Positions 11,201 to 18,627 of a stretch of DNA of 64,000 bases are shown one piece after another. The notes beneath the pieces are model-generated. The model worked only from the letters and a program-made list of their open reading frames with translations. It was not told the origin of the DNA and ran no database searches. Position 1 is the stretch's first letter, and each line of letters begins with the position of its first letter. The position numbers and the translations under genes were made by a program. The stretch comes from a virus, in the IMG/VR virus record IMGVR_UViG_3300028377_000004, positions 63,575-127,574 of that record; one strand, 5' to 3'.

Positions 11201-11716
11201 ACTAATAAGTGCTATTGCTTCTCCTGGCGGAATAGCGGGAGGAGGCCAGTTTTGGTCATCGTCCTCCCACTCTACAGGGATGGGAGTTTCTGAGGGACTT
11301 CCAATAGTAATTCTAGGTTCTCCCAGATCCGACTCCACTACTTTCAGATTTAACTGCCCACTTTCAGGTAGAAGTCCCAAATTATCAGGCTTAGAACCTG
11401 GTTTCGGTTTCCATCTATTTTCCGAAGGATCAAAACCGAAACGATCTATCTCATCATTTTTTGTATAGAACACGGACAGATGATCTTCGCCAGGCTTGGC
11501 AATAATATTGCCCGTATTCGCAGGGATCACCAAGAACTCAACAGCTTTGGCATCTTCGTCATTGACAAAGGTTGCCAGATATTCATCCCGATCAGACGTA
11601 CCACTACTATCTGAGTCCCTAGAGAGAACAAGGGTGTCAGGCTCCGAAGTGAAAGGAGAATTTGAAGAGGCTACTTTTGGCTTGCGTAGTACAAAGCCAT
11701 CAAAACTAGTGGACAT
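5222..11716 (-). CDS. Very large virion structural protein (baseplate/tail, 2164 aa)
   Basis: Acidic, beta-rich ORF in the baseplate module with recurring D-x-x-x-G-x-I/L-x-F motifs; AGGAAGG RBS. Confidence 0.65.
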   Translation of the reverse strand: MSTSFDGFVLRKPKVASSNSPFTSEPDTLVLSRDSDSSGTSDRDEYLATFVNDEDAKAVEFLVIPANTGNIIAKPGEDHLSVFYTKNDEIDRFGFDPSENRWKPKPGSKPDNLGLLPESGQLNLKVVESDLGEPRITIGSPSETPIPVEWEDDDQNWPPPAIPPGEAIALISTGEIYFASDIVAGSFGMPVYQFRNNFFNRKDVTGVIGIAGEDLFLNPIPSATERPLIRSKYGSYLDTSDISWDTNTGELTFLNSDYEGEPIYYDGVYSSLDLIDPYESTDLAVLSKPATFLTPVEVSIDTTIYDVGGLILYVKETGLIIEDVRIVEEFSRPYAIPESRAEAILTGTNLLVRLSSQFVAANDGNTLAVGTGDYYLENGITFRMFPSLLDPSNTKEIPDAQNLVALENEVISDSVNAGTFSALTQIPLQDIPGYDDNTFFRLEDGAIRRVLEPNKDVVYDFDSRQIRWASPVTNEVHDIRSPSASLKLNNEVILASDFEFTLDEGAGPQIIEPGQDVLIDFDGGQLFFSEDRGRLLYEGIGSFTTGATQFSADNTEFDFDPIPSDPLKQPLLIIGSSVYRIEQATINTLTTHIPIAEDSEDSIPFRVIDTSEVVFNYALRDLNLNRRWIYPEFIYPLSDGEYIPDGESFSFLSEGNEVDHIVLESQKLGLIEDTLEIPVYYRESEANYTLLRNTFEMTETANPVPDEGEFYIDPSNGELTFNVDDIEAFPDAQVILEPSLSDDGHPDSLIEVLSKNRTVGIPSSLDNVKVVVLLEETQYTVQKANGSIFFDSQIKEGTRLRVRYYTDGDTEIIEDVGFQRKETLSVSSGQSSATFAAGPIELDDQRDVTLFVNGSPTPSTRNGKTLSFSPISGNRLVQVNYHVTEAGGGEKLVRLLQKPFFPDIVVDQGLNQTFYGDHRSVLQEDTVIFVDDQAFRIDGTPTYDPNSDITSVGFIPSVPESLVSPAIQGTSDPVTEFDLIQVVADSNSSGDQEIGFFGDVADLFPTSYILTLDGAPYHIDSSSFDEGKGMTKVGVRSDLLREYTGPDVQVSEFPVYPPNPSILQTDILPFITEPHYLVRFDEDDKGHFLEDGIDYRLINNGSIILDPVATSLPKSGEVWHLGYLGRRELKPIGSLPSQVIFPRVKASYTRFVSATTDNGIEGSRLVASYSFRSPDSFYFRALPLEEFSQEVSDSIGASASSLSSSNGPTLSFGLSQDNQDRGSETLIWEGGDLRDRDRVARRFVRYYNQIAQGIESYFQILDGRVVGDRDGQFSFFLGDDGESGGEDPVTGDLIPYYANPDGSGNKPTSTAIQNMNLQAQSGYIRNSIDDLVLTSKKPYEFQFDIPPSLEFEGTFKQAWEPHRLSRFYPQLSKIATVTPPSTGAPENEYTFLRDFQEILGDLKVENVLSVTELSARPARGWLKKDGATDDGGVYVEVGMSFPLGTSEATNDPNDPPNLEDGDPSRLIPGFKEGDIVSLGRVNFSKDPTSGAVTLEIDVYASNMEIAQSPTAGSDRIYLKIADDIEGFPVDGDDPADLLNNPPLKNDTLFVQSQGYFRQNFDYGMDSSEGELVNATLPSFIASVIGQEAPEPFTFLDATVVHKNQRTEPYRFPALDGEPSDDGGLTGLPYSYPITDSEIVSFQAEIKAWEDVINETDEGIVETAISLVDDHIFRLDPGVVIPSGHSQYNEVILEGVVPTFHLSQIDGNDIILAAFSVEDTNVGYEINLTGGGTMVGTGTIVDDLHSLKNVGTDFSGVTGTLTITSGDRGVDVGITYDIASGENGLINVLPSTLDPSLLSFPLNLAILKGERETGNAYVELPNRIFFDPQGLDIDVGDQLIVSGTSPNGGLYEIQNIEVDHVVVSPDTRENESNSVDLEVPWKTYRPRRFSNQLNDLRDELAQRRIIYQDDSEAPVDIEPYVNSVTSSNPSTPSLDVLRSLVTEMFGTPSVSETNGQIVGNTLTSAGSFSDLENEDNAYVMINNEDSRGFYRVASFTNDTIDLVDGSNFVQGSLEDETNLEFEVFEVSSFSERTYELILYEYYNVLDEIDRIDAGIRATIHDLNELISEDPSIVRPGDPADTLIQTIHLNPIDARKNWIVDEPSLRNELEAILKGTESLYDLRFAWIDFRINLEDGLLPAINRFKKTKTKKKNKLLKELIKLASMQ

Positions 11717-11952
11717 TACAGACGTACCTTCCTAGAGGGGAGGGAGTTACAAGCTAATTGTTTGAGTACCTACCTAGAATAAAGATGGAATCTCAAAATT
11801 ATTCAAACTGATGAGAGAGATAATCGTATTAAGATAGCGAATCTCTCCGTCTAAAAATTCCTTTTCAGGTCTTCTATAGAGAATCCTTTTATTTAGAACT
11901 TATGTAGAACTAAACAGGCTTACCCTTATCACTACTTCTTCGGAGATTCCAA

Positions 11953-12390
11953 ATGAAGCTGAAAGACACCCTCATTAAACTAGGACATAGCAATCCAGAG
12001 CTTAGAGATGATCTAAGACCTATCCTTCGCCACATAGACTCTTCTCACACTAGGTCTAAAAAAGCGGGGAGTAGAAGGATTGAAAACGTAACTGGAGGGG
12101 GATGGATCTTAGGGCCTACTCTTTTTGCTGCGGGAATGATCAATGATGAGCTTCATAATGCCCGACTGCTACCTTTCGAGGCCAGCACTCTAATTGACGG
12201 AGGCACTGCATCTCTACTAATTGCAGTGGAATCTGGAGATAATCATGATCCTACTGATCAAGAATTAGATCAAGTAGCACAGACAATAGCCAAAAGACTG
12301 TCAGGTGTGGGGCATCCGAACGTAAAAGGAGAAGGCTTTCATATTGGAGGACCGCCTTCTGCAAGAATTATTCTCAAACAGAAATTCTAA
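11953..12390 (+). CDS. Putative virion-packaged protein with N-terminal LIxLGxxNPELR motif (145 aa)
   Basis: Lone + strand gene inside the minus-strand tail module; GGAG RBS; N-terminus MKLKDTLIKLGHSNPELRDDLRPIL is shared with three other ORFs. Confidence 0.55.
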   Translation: MKLKDTLIKLGHSNPELRDDLRPILRHIDSSHTRSKKAGSRRIENVTGGGWILGPTLFAAGMINDELHNARLLPFEASTLIDGGTASLLIAVESGDNHDPTDQELDQVAQTIAKRLSGVGHPNVKGEGFHIGGPPSARIILKQKF

Positions 12391-12974
12391 AATACTTTTC
12401 CAATCCCAACTCCGGTCGAGTTGTTAAAAGGTGGTGAAGGGGTTCCTGTATCTACCGTGTTGATAATAGCAAAAGATAGCCAGTTCGCAACTCCTTCTCC
12501 AATAGCATTGGCGAGGGAGTTTGCTTTTGGTCCTACTATTCCGGCTCCTCCAAAAGAAGCGGTTAGTATTTGAGTGAACGTTGCTCCTACTCCCCCTGAC
12601 AGAGTTCCTACCCCCGCCCCCACCGAAGTTCCTATAATTCCTACCTGTACAATAGCAGTAGTATTGATTTCTTGAGCCAAAGCTGTTATAATACCCGAAG
12701 CCATCTGAGGGGCGGATGGACCTACAATTCCATTGGCAGCTAAGGTACCGGTAAGTATTGCAATTCCCGAAGCGGGTTCTATAGCTACTTTCCCCGTACC
12801 TGTTCCTACCCCCAGGACGCCGACATGATTAGTCGTTACAGGGATAGTAGCAAGAAAAGAAGGGAATGCAGTACCAATAGCTCCCGCTAATTGTGGTACT
12901 GAGGGTCCTTGTATGGCAACTCCAGTTAGAGAACCAATTAATGAGGGAGTTAATGTTGCAGGGGTCACAGGCAT
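12387..12974 (-). CDS. Gly/Ala-rich protein with three internal ~63-aa repeats; putative spike-tip protein
   Basis: Directly downstream of the spike gene; repeats centred on G(I/A)xGPx(A/V)xxLAxAI...G(V/A)GxGK/T. Confidence 0.45.
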   Translation of the reverse strand: MPVTPATLTPSLIGSLTGVAIQGPSVPQLAGAIGTAFPSFLATIPVTTNHVGVLGVGTGTGKVAIEPASGIAILTGTLAANGIVGPSAPQMASGIITALAQEINTTAIVQVGIIGTSVGAGVGTLSGGVGATFTQILTASFGGAGIVGPKANSLANAIGEGVANWLSFAIINTVDTGTPSPPFNNSTGVGIGKVF

Positions 12975-12981
12975 TATAAGA

Positions 12982-15135
12982 TCACATCGTTTTGACTATA
13001 GGATTTCCAGTCAAGGGAAGTCCTGTTATATGATCGACATGAGGACTTGGACCGGGGATACCTCCTACAACAGCGTTAGGTGCTGTACTTGTTCCCAAGG
13101 ACACAGACCCCACCAGATTGATGGAGGGACCGCGAACATCCACACCGGATGTAGATATCTCGACGGAACCTGCTCCGGCTGTGAGGGTTACTGAACCGGT
13201 TGCAAGGGTTACTGAATAGGATCCTGTAGGGGCTTCAAAGGAATAATTACCTGAAAGAGAAGCAGATCTTTCTATAGTGAGTGAACCACCTGCTTGGATT
13301 TCATGGGTACCCGCAGCCAAGAACTCTAAACTTCTAGTAGCAGGGGCCGTAAAACTGGTTTTGCTATCTCCTTTTAGGATGTTCGTCTCTTCCCCTCCGG
13401 TTAGGATCGTAGTTTCAGTTCCCGACCCAACCGTCATGGTCTTCTCCCCTTGAATATTCATATCATGGTCAGAAGCTACGGTAGTAGTAAAGTTCCCTTG
13501 TCCCACTTGTTGCGCAATCGAGTCTGCTCTAACTTCTTTCTTGCCAGTAATCTCTTCAATGGAATCCCCTGTCGTAAACATACCATGAGTTCCTTCTACT
13601 GCTACACCAAAATCCCCTGTCATTTTGAGGTCAAGGCCGGTTCCATTGGAGTCAGATCCTCGTATGTCAACTGAGACTCCTCCAGAGGTTAATAGATCCA
13701 GTGATCTCTTAGAAGCAGTAGCAGACCCAAGGGACCATTTTAAACCACCTTTGGTAGCTAAGTCAAAAGAAACGTTATCTCCTTTTTCAGCTCCCATTAC
13801 TAACTTAGTAGACCCTTTCAAGTCTGCTTCCAAAGACCGTCCGGCTCCTAAGTTACTTTTCTTGGAGGTAGAAGAAGGAATAGAAAGAAATACATGTCCT
13901 TCTTTATCGTGACTAAGGAAAAGCTCCCCAAGTCCGTCAGGTCGCTTCATTCGATACAGCCCTGCCCCTACCAAACTTTTTTCGGTTTCGCTTTCGGAGT
14001 TTTCAACAACTTCTAATCTAGGCTGACCTTGCGTAGAGCTAGGAGTATCAAATAATACAGGTTTTAACAATTGTCCGTATTTAACTCTGCCCGATGCGGA
14101 ATAAGGATCATTGCCTACAACGGTTCCTTGCACACTTTCAATGAACGGGCTATAATGCGGATCGGGAGCAACTGAGTCAGGATCAAATCCCATATTATCC
14201 GATCCAGGAATCATACCATCGCTAAATTCCTGAATCTCTTTACGATTTTCAGTATACAATCGAGTCTGAATATCGTTGGGATCTGCCATATTTTCTGTTA
14301 TGACAGTATGTTTTCTACCATCGGGTAGTGTAACCGAAGGAAAACCATTCATATCTGAAACGGGAGTTCCATCTGCAAAGAGAAAACCTGCATCCAATAG
14401 ATCCTCAAAAAGAGGATGGTCCACAGGAAATACACCCTCAGGATCTAGGAAATCAGAAGGTAAGTTCAGAGCGTTGCGAACTATTCTACCAGACCTTGAC
14501 CTTCCCGCAGCAGTGGTAGAATACATATCCATTGTGGTCAAAACTCCCGCCTGATCAAAATCCCTTAAAAGAAACTCTGAGCCTGCCCGATCCATTAAAT
14601 GAACACCCGAGTCTAAAATCAATTCAGACCCCGCTTCTGACATGCCATAGACAGTTCCAGGATAGATCTTTCGGAATTTCCTACGACTAGGTCCGTAGAT
14701 CCCTTTTAGTTCTTTAAAAGCCACCTCGGGAGGGAGGTCCATCTCTTCTGCATCTCGGGGAACCGCCCCAAAAGGATCAAATCTAAGAGCAGTCTTGATG
14801 CCATTAGGTAAAAATGCTAGAATAAAAGGTCGGGTCGCTCTGTCTTGGTGTACCGCACTATAGCCTACAATACAGATAGCACCTTCTTCTGGCATGGCAC
14901 CAAGAAAAGATCTTTTGGACCAATAAGCAGCCGAAATAGGAACCTCTTCTGCGGGAGGAGTGTCCCCTTGAAGAAACGCGAGGTCACATACCATTCCCTC
15001 GTAGTCTACTCGAATGATCTCTGCCATTCGTAAAGAGAAACGTAGGTCGTTATTTCGACCAAACATTTTACTTTGAGCTGGTTTTGATCCTATAGGAGCC
15101 GGAGGACCATATCTTTTTGGAATATTATTAGACAT
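12982..15135 (-). CDS. Baseplate central spike (gp5/gpV/VgrG-like: N-terminal OB fold, C-terminal beta-helix)
   Basis: N-terminal MAEIIRVDYEGMVCDL...SFLGAMPEEGAICIVGY is an OB-fold pattern; Gly/Thr/Ser-rich beta-repeat C-terminus; terminal HVDH; follows the hub gene. Confidence 0.7.
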   Translation of the reverse strand: MSNNIPKRYGPPAPIGSKPAQSKMFGRNNDLRFSLRMAEIIRVDYEGMVCDLAFLQGDTPPAEEVPISAAYWSKRSFLGAMPEEGAICIVGYSAVHQDRATRPFILAFLPNGIKTALRFDPFGAVPRDAEEMDLPPEVAFKELKGIYGPSRRKFRKIYPGTVYGMSEAGSELILDSGVHLMDRAGSEFLLRDFDQAGVLTTMDMYSTTAAGRSRSGRIVRNALNLPSDFLDPEGVFPVDHPLFEDLLDAGFLFADGTPVSDMNGFPSVTLPDGRKHTVITENMADPNDIQTRLYTENRKEIQEFSDGMIPGSDNMGFDPDSVAPDPHYSPFIESVQGTVVGNDPYSASGRVKYGQLLKPVLFDTPSSTQGQPRLEVVENSESETEKSLVGAGLYRMKRPDGLGELFLSHDKEGHVFLSIPSSTSKKSNLGAGRSLEADLKGSTKLVMGAEKGDNVSFDLATKGGLKWSLGSATASKRSLDLLTSGGVSVDIRGSDSNGTGLDLKMTGDFGVAVEGTHGMFTTGDSIEEITGKKEVRADSIAQQVGQGNFTTTVASDHDMNIQGEKTMTVGSGTETTILTGGEETNILKGDSKTSFTAPATRSLEFLAAGTHEIQAGGSLTIERSASLSGNYSFEAPTGSYSVTLATGSVTLTAGAGSVEISTSGVDVRGPSINLVGSVSLGTSTAPNAVVGGIPGPSPHVDHITGLPLTGNPIVKTM

Positions 15136-18100
15136 TAACTGTCCTCCTCAGCATCATCATCATCATCCTCAACATCAGCGTCTACATTTCCATTAACATC
15201 CGTACCTGAAGTGTCAGCAACGTCTCTAAAAGTGGACTTAGCTTGCCCCCATTGTTCCTGTACCTGTTGCCATTCCCCTCCAGGACCAAAAACCTCCGAA
15301 GGAGTTTGTCCAGAAGCTAATGCGTCCTGTACTTCGGGTCTTCCTAGAGAAGTGTCCACTAAGCGGTCTTGCTCTGTTTGAACTCCTGGCCGGACTGGAG
15401 AATTTCTATTAGGGATTTTAGTCTCCCCTCTTAGCTTTCTTTCCAACTCTTTTTCTAAGGCAAATCCTTCTGCATAAATAGCTTGCAAGAAAGAGGTAAT
15501 ATGGACCATAAGTCCGGGATCCCTGACGGGTCTAATACCTGAAGGGAGAGAGTTAATTCCTTGATCCCTGTTGGCTGCCAACGCATTTCCAAACAGTGTG
15601 TTAGACGCTCTCCTAGCTTCAAGGTCATCCCCGGTTTCCGGGGGAATACCATCGGTATTAACGTCTTCTACTGAGGGTAAAGGCTCTTCTACTACAGTTC
15701 CATTGGGATCCGACCAAACCGACATTGCCAAACGTACTCTGGCAACATAAACATCTGTGCCGTTTTTTGCACTAAGGATCCCTACCGCAGTAGTAGGGGA
15801 CTCTTCCATTGCAGCATTAAATCGATCCAAAGTAGTACCCCCACCTTTCCAGAGGATTGCCATCCTATCGGGATCATGATTGTGTCTGCTTCGGTATCTC
15901 TGGGTATATTCAATCATATGATTTAGCGAGTCGATAGCAACTTCTCTATCATTCGGACCATTTCCTAAAAAATCTGTATTCTCTCTACCTAAATCCCCCG
16001 AGTTGCCAACCCCCGATTGAACAAGTCCACAATACTGACTTAGGCGACCGTCGTCATTTGTTCTTCGAGCATCGGTTCTTCCATTTGATTCAGTATGAAT
16101 AATTGCTAGTAAATAGGTATCAGGATATTCTTCCGCAGAAACACCGCTCTGGGATCTTACTTCATCAAAAACTTCTCTCCATTGACCTACTTGTGTATTT
16201 CGAGTGAAGGGTTTATCCGAAGGACCTACTTCAAAATCATAATCACCAGGGGTTGAGGAAGGTAAAGTCCTCTCTATTTCCTGAAAAGTACGCCCTTTAA
16301 TTAGATTGCGCGCGTCCTGTGCAAAGTTAAAAGAGTCGGGTCCTGAAGGTCTGAGATCCAATAACCTTCTGCCATAGTTATTTGGATCTAATTTGGCAAC
16401 CCGATCCTCGTCACTCATGGCAGCATTGGAAGCGAATTGCTCGTCATTCATATCCTCATTAGTTTGATTAGTGGTGGTTCTTTCTGGACTCAGATTAGCT
16501 AATTCAGACGCCCTCCGGTTGGTCTGCCGACTAAAATCCATGCCATTCCTAGTAAGTCGCACTGTTCGACCATACTCATATCCACCAATAACTTCATACC
16601 CGCGTTCATCGGAGACGGGGAAAGTAGGAAGGATACGGTTTTCCCCTCCCACCTCTTTTCTCTCTACTTTTAAAGAAGTTAAGGGACCCGATGTTTTTCT
16701 ACCCTGTTCATCATAACGGAGAGTTTCATCTCTAGTAGGATCTATGGTATACATGAAATCATTATTCCCAATAACCCTGAATTGTGACCTCATCGAAACT
16801 AGATCTGTAGCAACTGACTCTGCCCTTGTCTGTTCCCCTTCCACCGCAGAAAAAGTATCATTTTCAACGTTTTCCCTGTCGGTAGCTTCTTTCTCAACTG
16901 CGGTCAAAATAACGTTACGATCCGGAACAGGATCGCCGCTCTGTGCTGAGACAGGTCTGCGGTATAGATTATTAGGATAATCCCCTGGATCCGCAGTGTC
17001 TCCTAGGGAAGGTTGAAATTCTTGATTAGACCTAGAACCAAACTGATCGGGGTCCTGCACTTCTTGCTCCGAACCATTAATGCCATTCCAATAAGGGAAA
17101 GCTGCATAGAACTTAGCCCTTTTAGCCATAAGGTTTAGGGTAGTGGTACACTGTCCCCCATAAGAGAATTGATGCGCAATATTATCTACATAGTAGAAAG
17201 CATCTTGGTCCTCATAGTAGATCGGGTATCCTAATCGAAGCTCGGGCCTCAAAGGAATCGTAACAGAGCCGGTGTGAATTCTTGAATTTTGCTTGTCTAA
17301 TTGGTCGACCAAGTGGTAGAATAAATTCCGGGGGGCATCTCCTCCAAGACCTGAACCAAAGAATTCAGAGTTATAAGAACCTGGTTTCCAACCGTATTTT
17401 TGTACCAATCGGTAGTCGATATAAGTGGCCTTTGGTTTTGTTATCTCCTCGGCCCCAACATCTAAGTTCCTAATTAAACTACCTGTACCTTCCAAGAAAG
17501 TGACGTCAGGGATGTTCTCTGCAAAGTTCTCATTGATGATATCAACGGGTCGAATCCAGGACACCGGCTTATTAGACATAACATCCAAATTATAGAAAGG
17601 CGGCTTGAATATTATTTCACCTGTCATATCCAGAAAAAATTCATAGCCAATAGATTCCTTAACAGTATCCGCAATTTCTTTTTTCGTTTGATGTTCCGAA
17701 GTGTGGAGGTCAATCGATCCCAATCTAGAAAGGACCTCGGAGAAAGCAGAGACATCTTCTAAGTTAACCTCATCATTGAACTGAAACTGAGGTTGACGAT
17801 TTCTTCTTGCCAATCCAACTCTTCCGAAAAGAGCACTTTGCTTATTAGAGTCAGAAAGTACCGATGACAGTAAATCTCCTTGAAGAAGATCTCCCCTTGG
17901 ACCGTACATACGAAGGGCAAAAGCAATTCGTCCCCACTGCTTAGTCCAGTACCACATTAGTCTTTTATTATCTACAGGATTTGGCTCATTTGTATTCTGC
18001 TTGATTCCTAGATAGAATTCTTGAAGGACTGCGTCTCCATAAGCATGTCTTGCCAGTGAATAGATCGTATCAAAAGGATTCATATTAGTGAAAACACCAC

Positions 18101-18605
18101 TACCTTTCAGGTTAAAAGCTCCCTGTGCAGGAGCATCAGCTCCCATGTAGGAAGCATTCGTGACAATTCGTTGAATAGTCCACCAATAAAGAACGTCCTG
18201 ACAACTTAATTCTACGGTTCTTTCTCCTCCAGACCATGAATGACTAACAGAAGTAACTACTCCCCAAAAAACTGGATAGTAACGGGGAACCCCGCCCACC
18301 AAAAAATGGCCTTTCATGTAAATACGAACTTCCATCATGTTGGTCAGAATAAGCTGCCCACCCCGGAAAAAATCCTCTTCATGATGGGTTGGTATGTGCA
18401 AAGATAGCTGTGCGGTCCCAGGGCTTTGCTCTACGCCTCCATTAGCACTAATACTAGTAACCAAAGGTTGAATGTTAACTCTACGTCCAGGCGCAGCACC
18501 AGAGGGGAGAGATAGCTCTCCATTGATATAGACCAGTGCGTCAGGCGCAGTCGTGATCACGGGTCTTTTATTGTCTGAGAACGTTCCTCTTAATCCGGTT
18601 GCCAT
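15135..18605 (-). CDS. Baseplate hub (gp27/gpD-like) with C-terminal lytic transglycosylase (SLT) domain
   Basis: Hub-like N-terminus (YPVFWGVVTSVSHSWSGGERTVELSCQD; GSVTIPLRPELRLGYPI...FYYVDNIAHQF); SLT motifs LLAIIHTESNG and YCGLVQ at about 16.0-16.1 kb. Confidence 0.75.
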   Translation of the reverse strand: MATGLRGTFSDNKRPVITTAPDALVYINGELSLPSGAAPGRRVNIQPLVTSISANGGVEQSPGTAQLSLHIPTHHEEDFFRGGQLILTNMMEVRIYMKGHFLVGGVPRYYPVFWGVVTSVSHSWSGGERTVELSCQDVLYWWTIQRIVTNASYMGADAPAQGAFNLKGSGVFTNMNPFDTIYSLARHAYGDAVLQEFYLGIKQNTNEPNPVDNKRLMWYWTKQWGRIAFALRMYGPRGDLLQGDLLSSVLSDSNKQSALFGRVGLARRNRQPQFQFNDEVNLEDVSAFSEVLSRLGSIDLHTSEHQTKKEIADTVKESIGYEFFLDMTGEIIFKPPFYNLDVMSNKPVSWIRPVDIINENFAENIPDVTFLEGTGSLIRNLDVGAEEITKPKATYIDYRLVQKYGWKPGSYNSEFFGSGLGGDAPRNLFYHLVDQLDKQNSRIHTGSVTIPLRPELRLGYPIYYEDQDAFYYVDNIAHQFSYGGQCTTTLNLMAKRAKFYAAFPYWNGINGSEQEVQDPDQFGSRSNQEFQPSLGDTADPGDYPNNLYRRPVSAQSGDPVPDRNVILTAVEKEATDRENVENDTFSAVEGEQTRAESVATDLVSMRSQFRVIGNNDFMYTIDPTRDETLRYDEQGRKTSGPLTSLKVERKEVGGENRILPTFPVSDERGYEVIGGYEYGRTVRLTRNGMDFSRQTNRRASELANLSPERTTTNQTNEDMNDEQFASNAAMSDEDRVAKLDPNNYGRRLLDLRPSGPDSFNFAQDARNLIKGRTFQEIERTLPSSTPGDYDFEVGPSDKPFTRNTQVGQWREVFDEVRSQSGVSAEEYPDTYLLAIIHTESNGRTDARRTNDDGRLSQYCGLVQSGVGNSGDLGRENTDFLGNGPNDREVAIDSLNHMIEYTQRYRSRHNHDPDRMAILWKGGGTTLDRFNAAMEESPTTAVGILSAKNGTDVYVARVRLAMSVWSDPNGTVVEEPLPSVEDVNTDGIPPETGDDLEARRASNTLFGNALAANRDQGINSLPSGIRPVRDPGLMVHITSFLQAIYAEGFALEKELERKLRGETKIPNRNSPVRPGVQTEQDRLVDTSLGRPEVQDALASGQTPSEVFGPGGEWQQVQEQWGQAKSTFRDVADTSGTDVNGNVDADVEDDDDDAEEDS

Positions 18606-18627
18606 AATAATTCAAGCTCTTTTGGTG

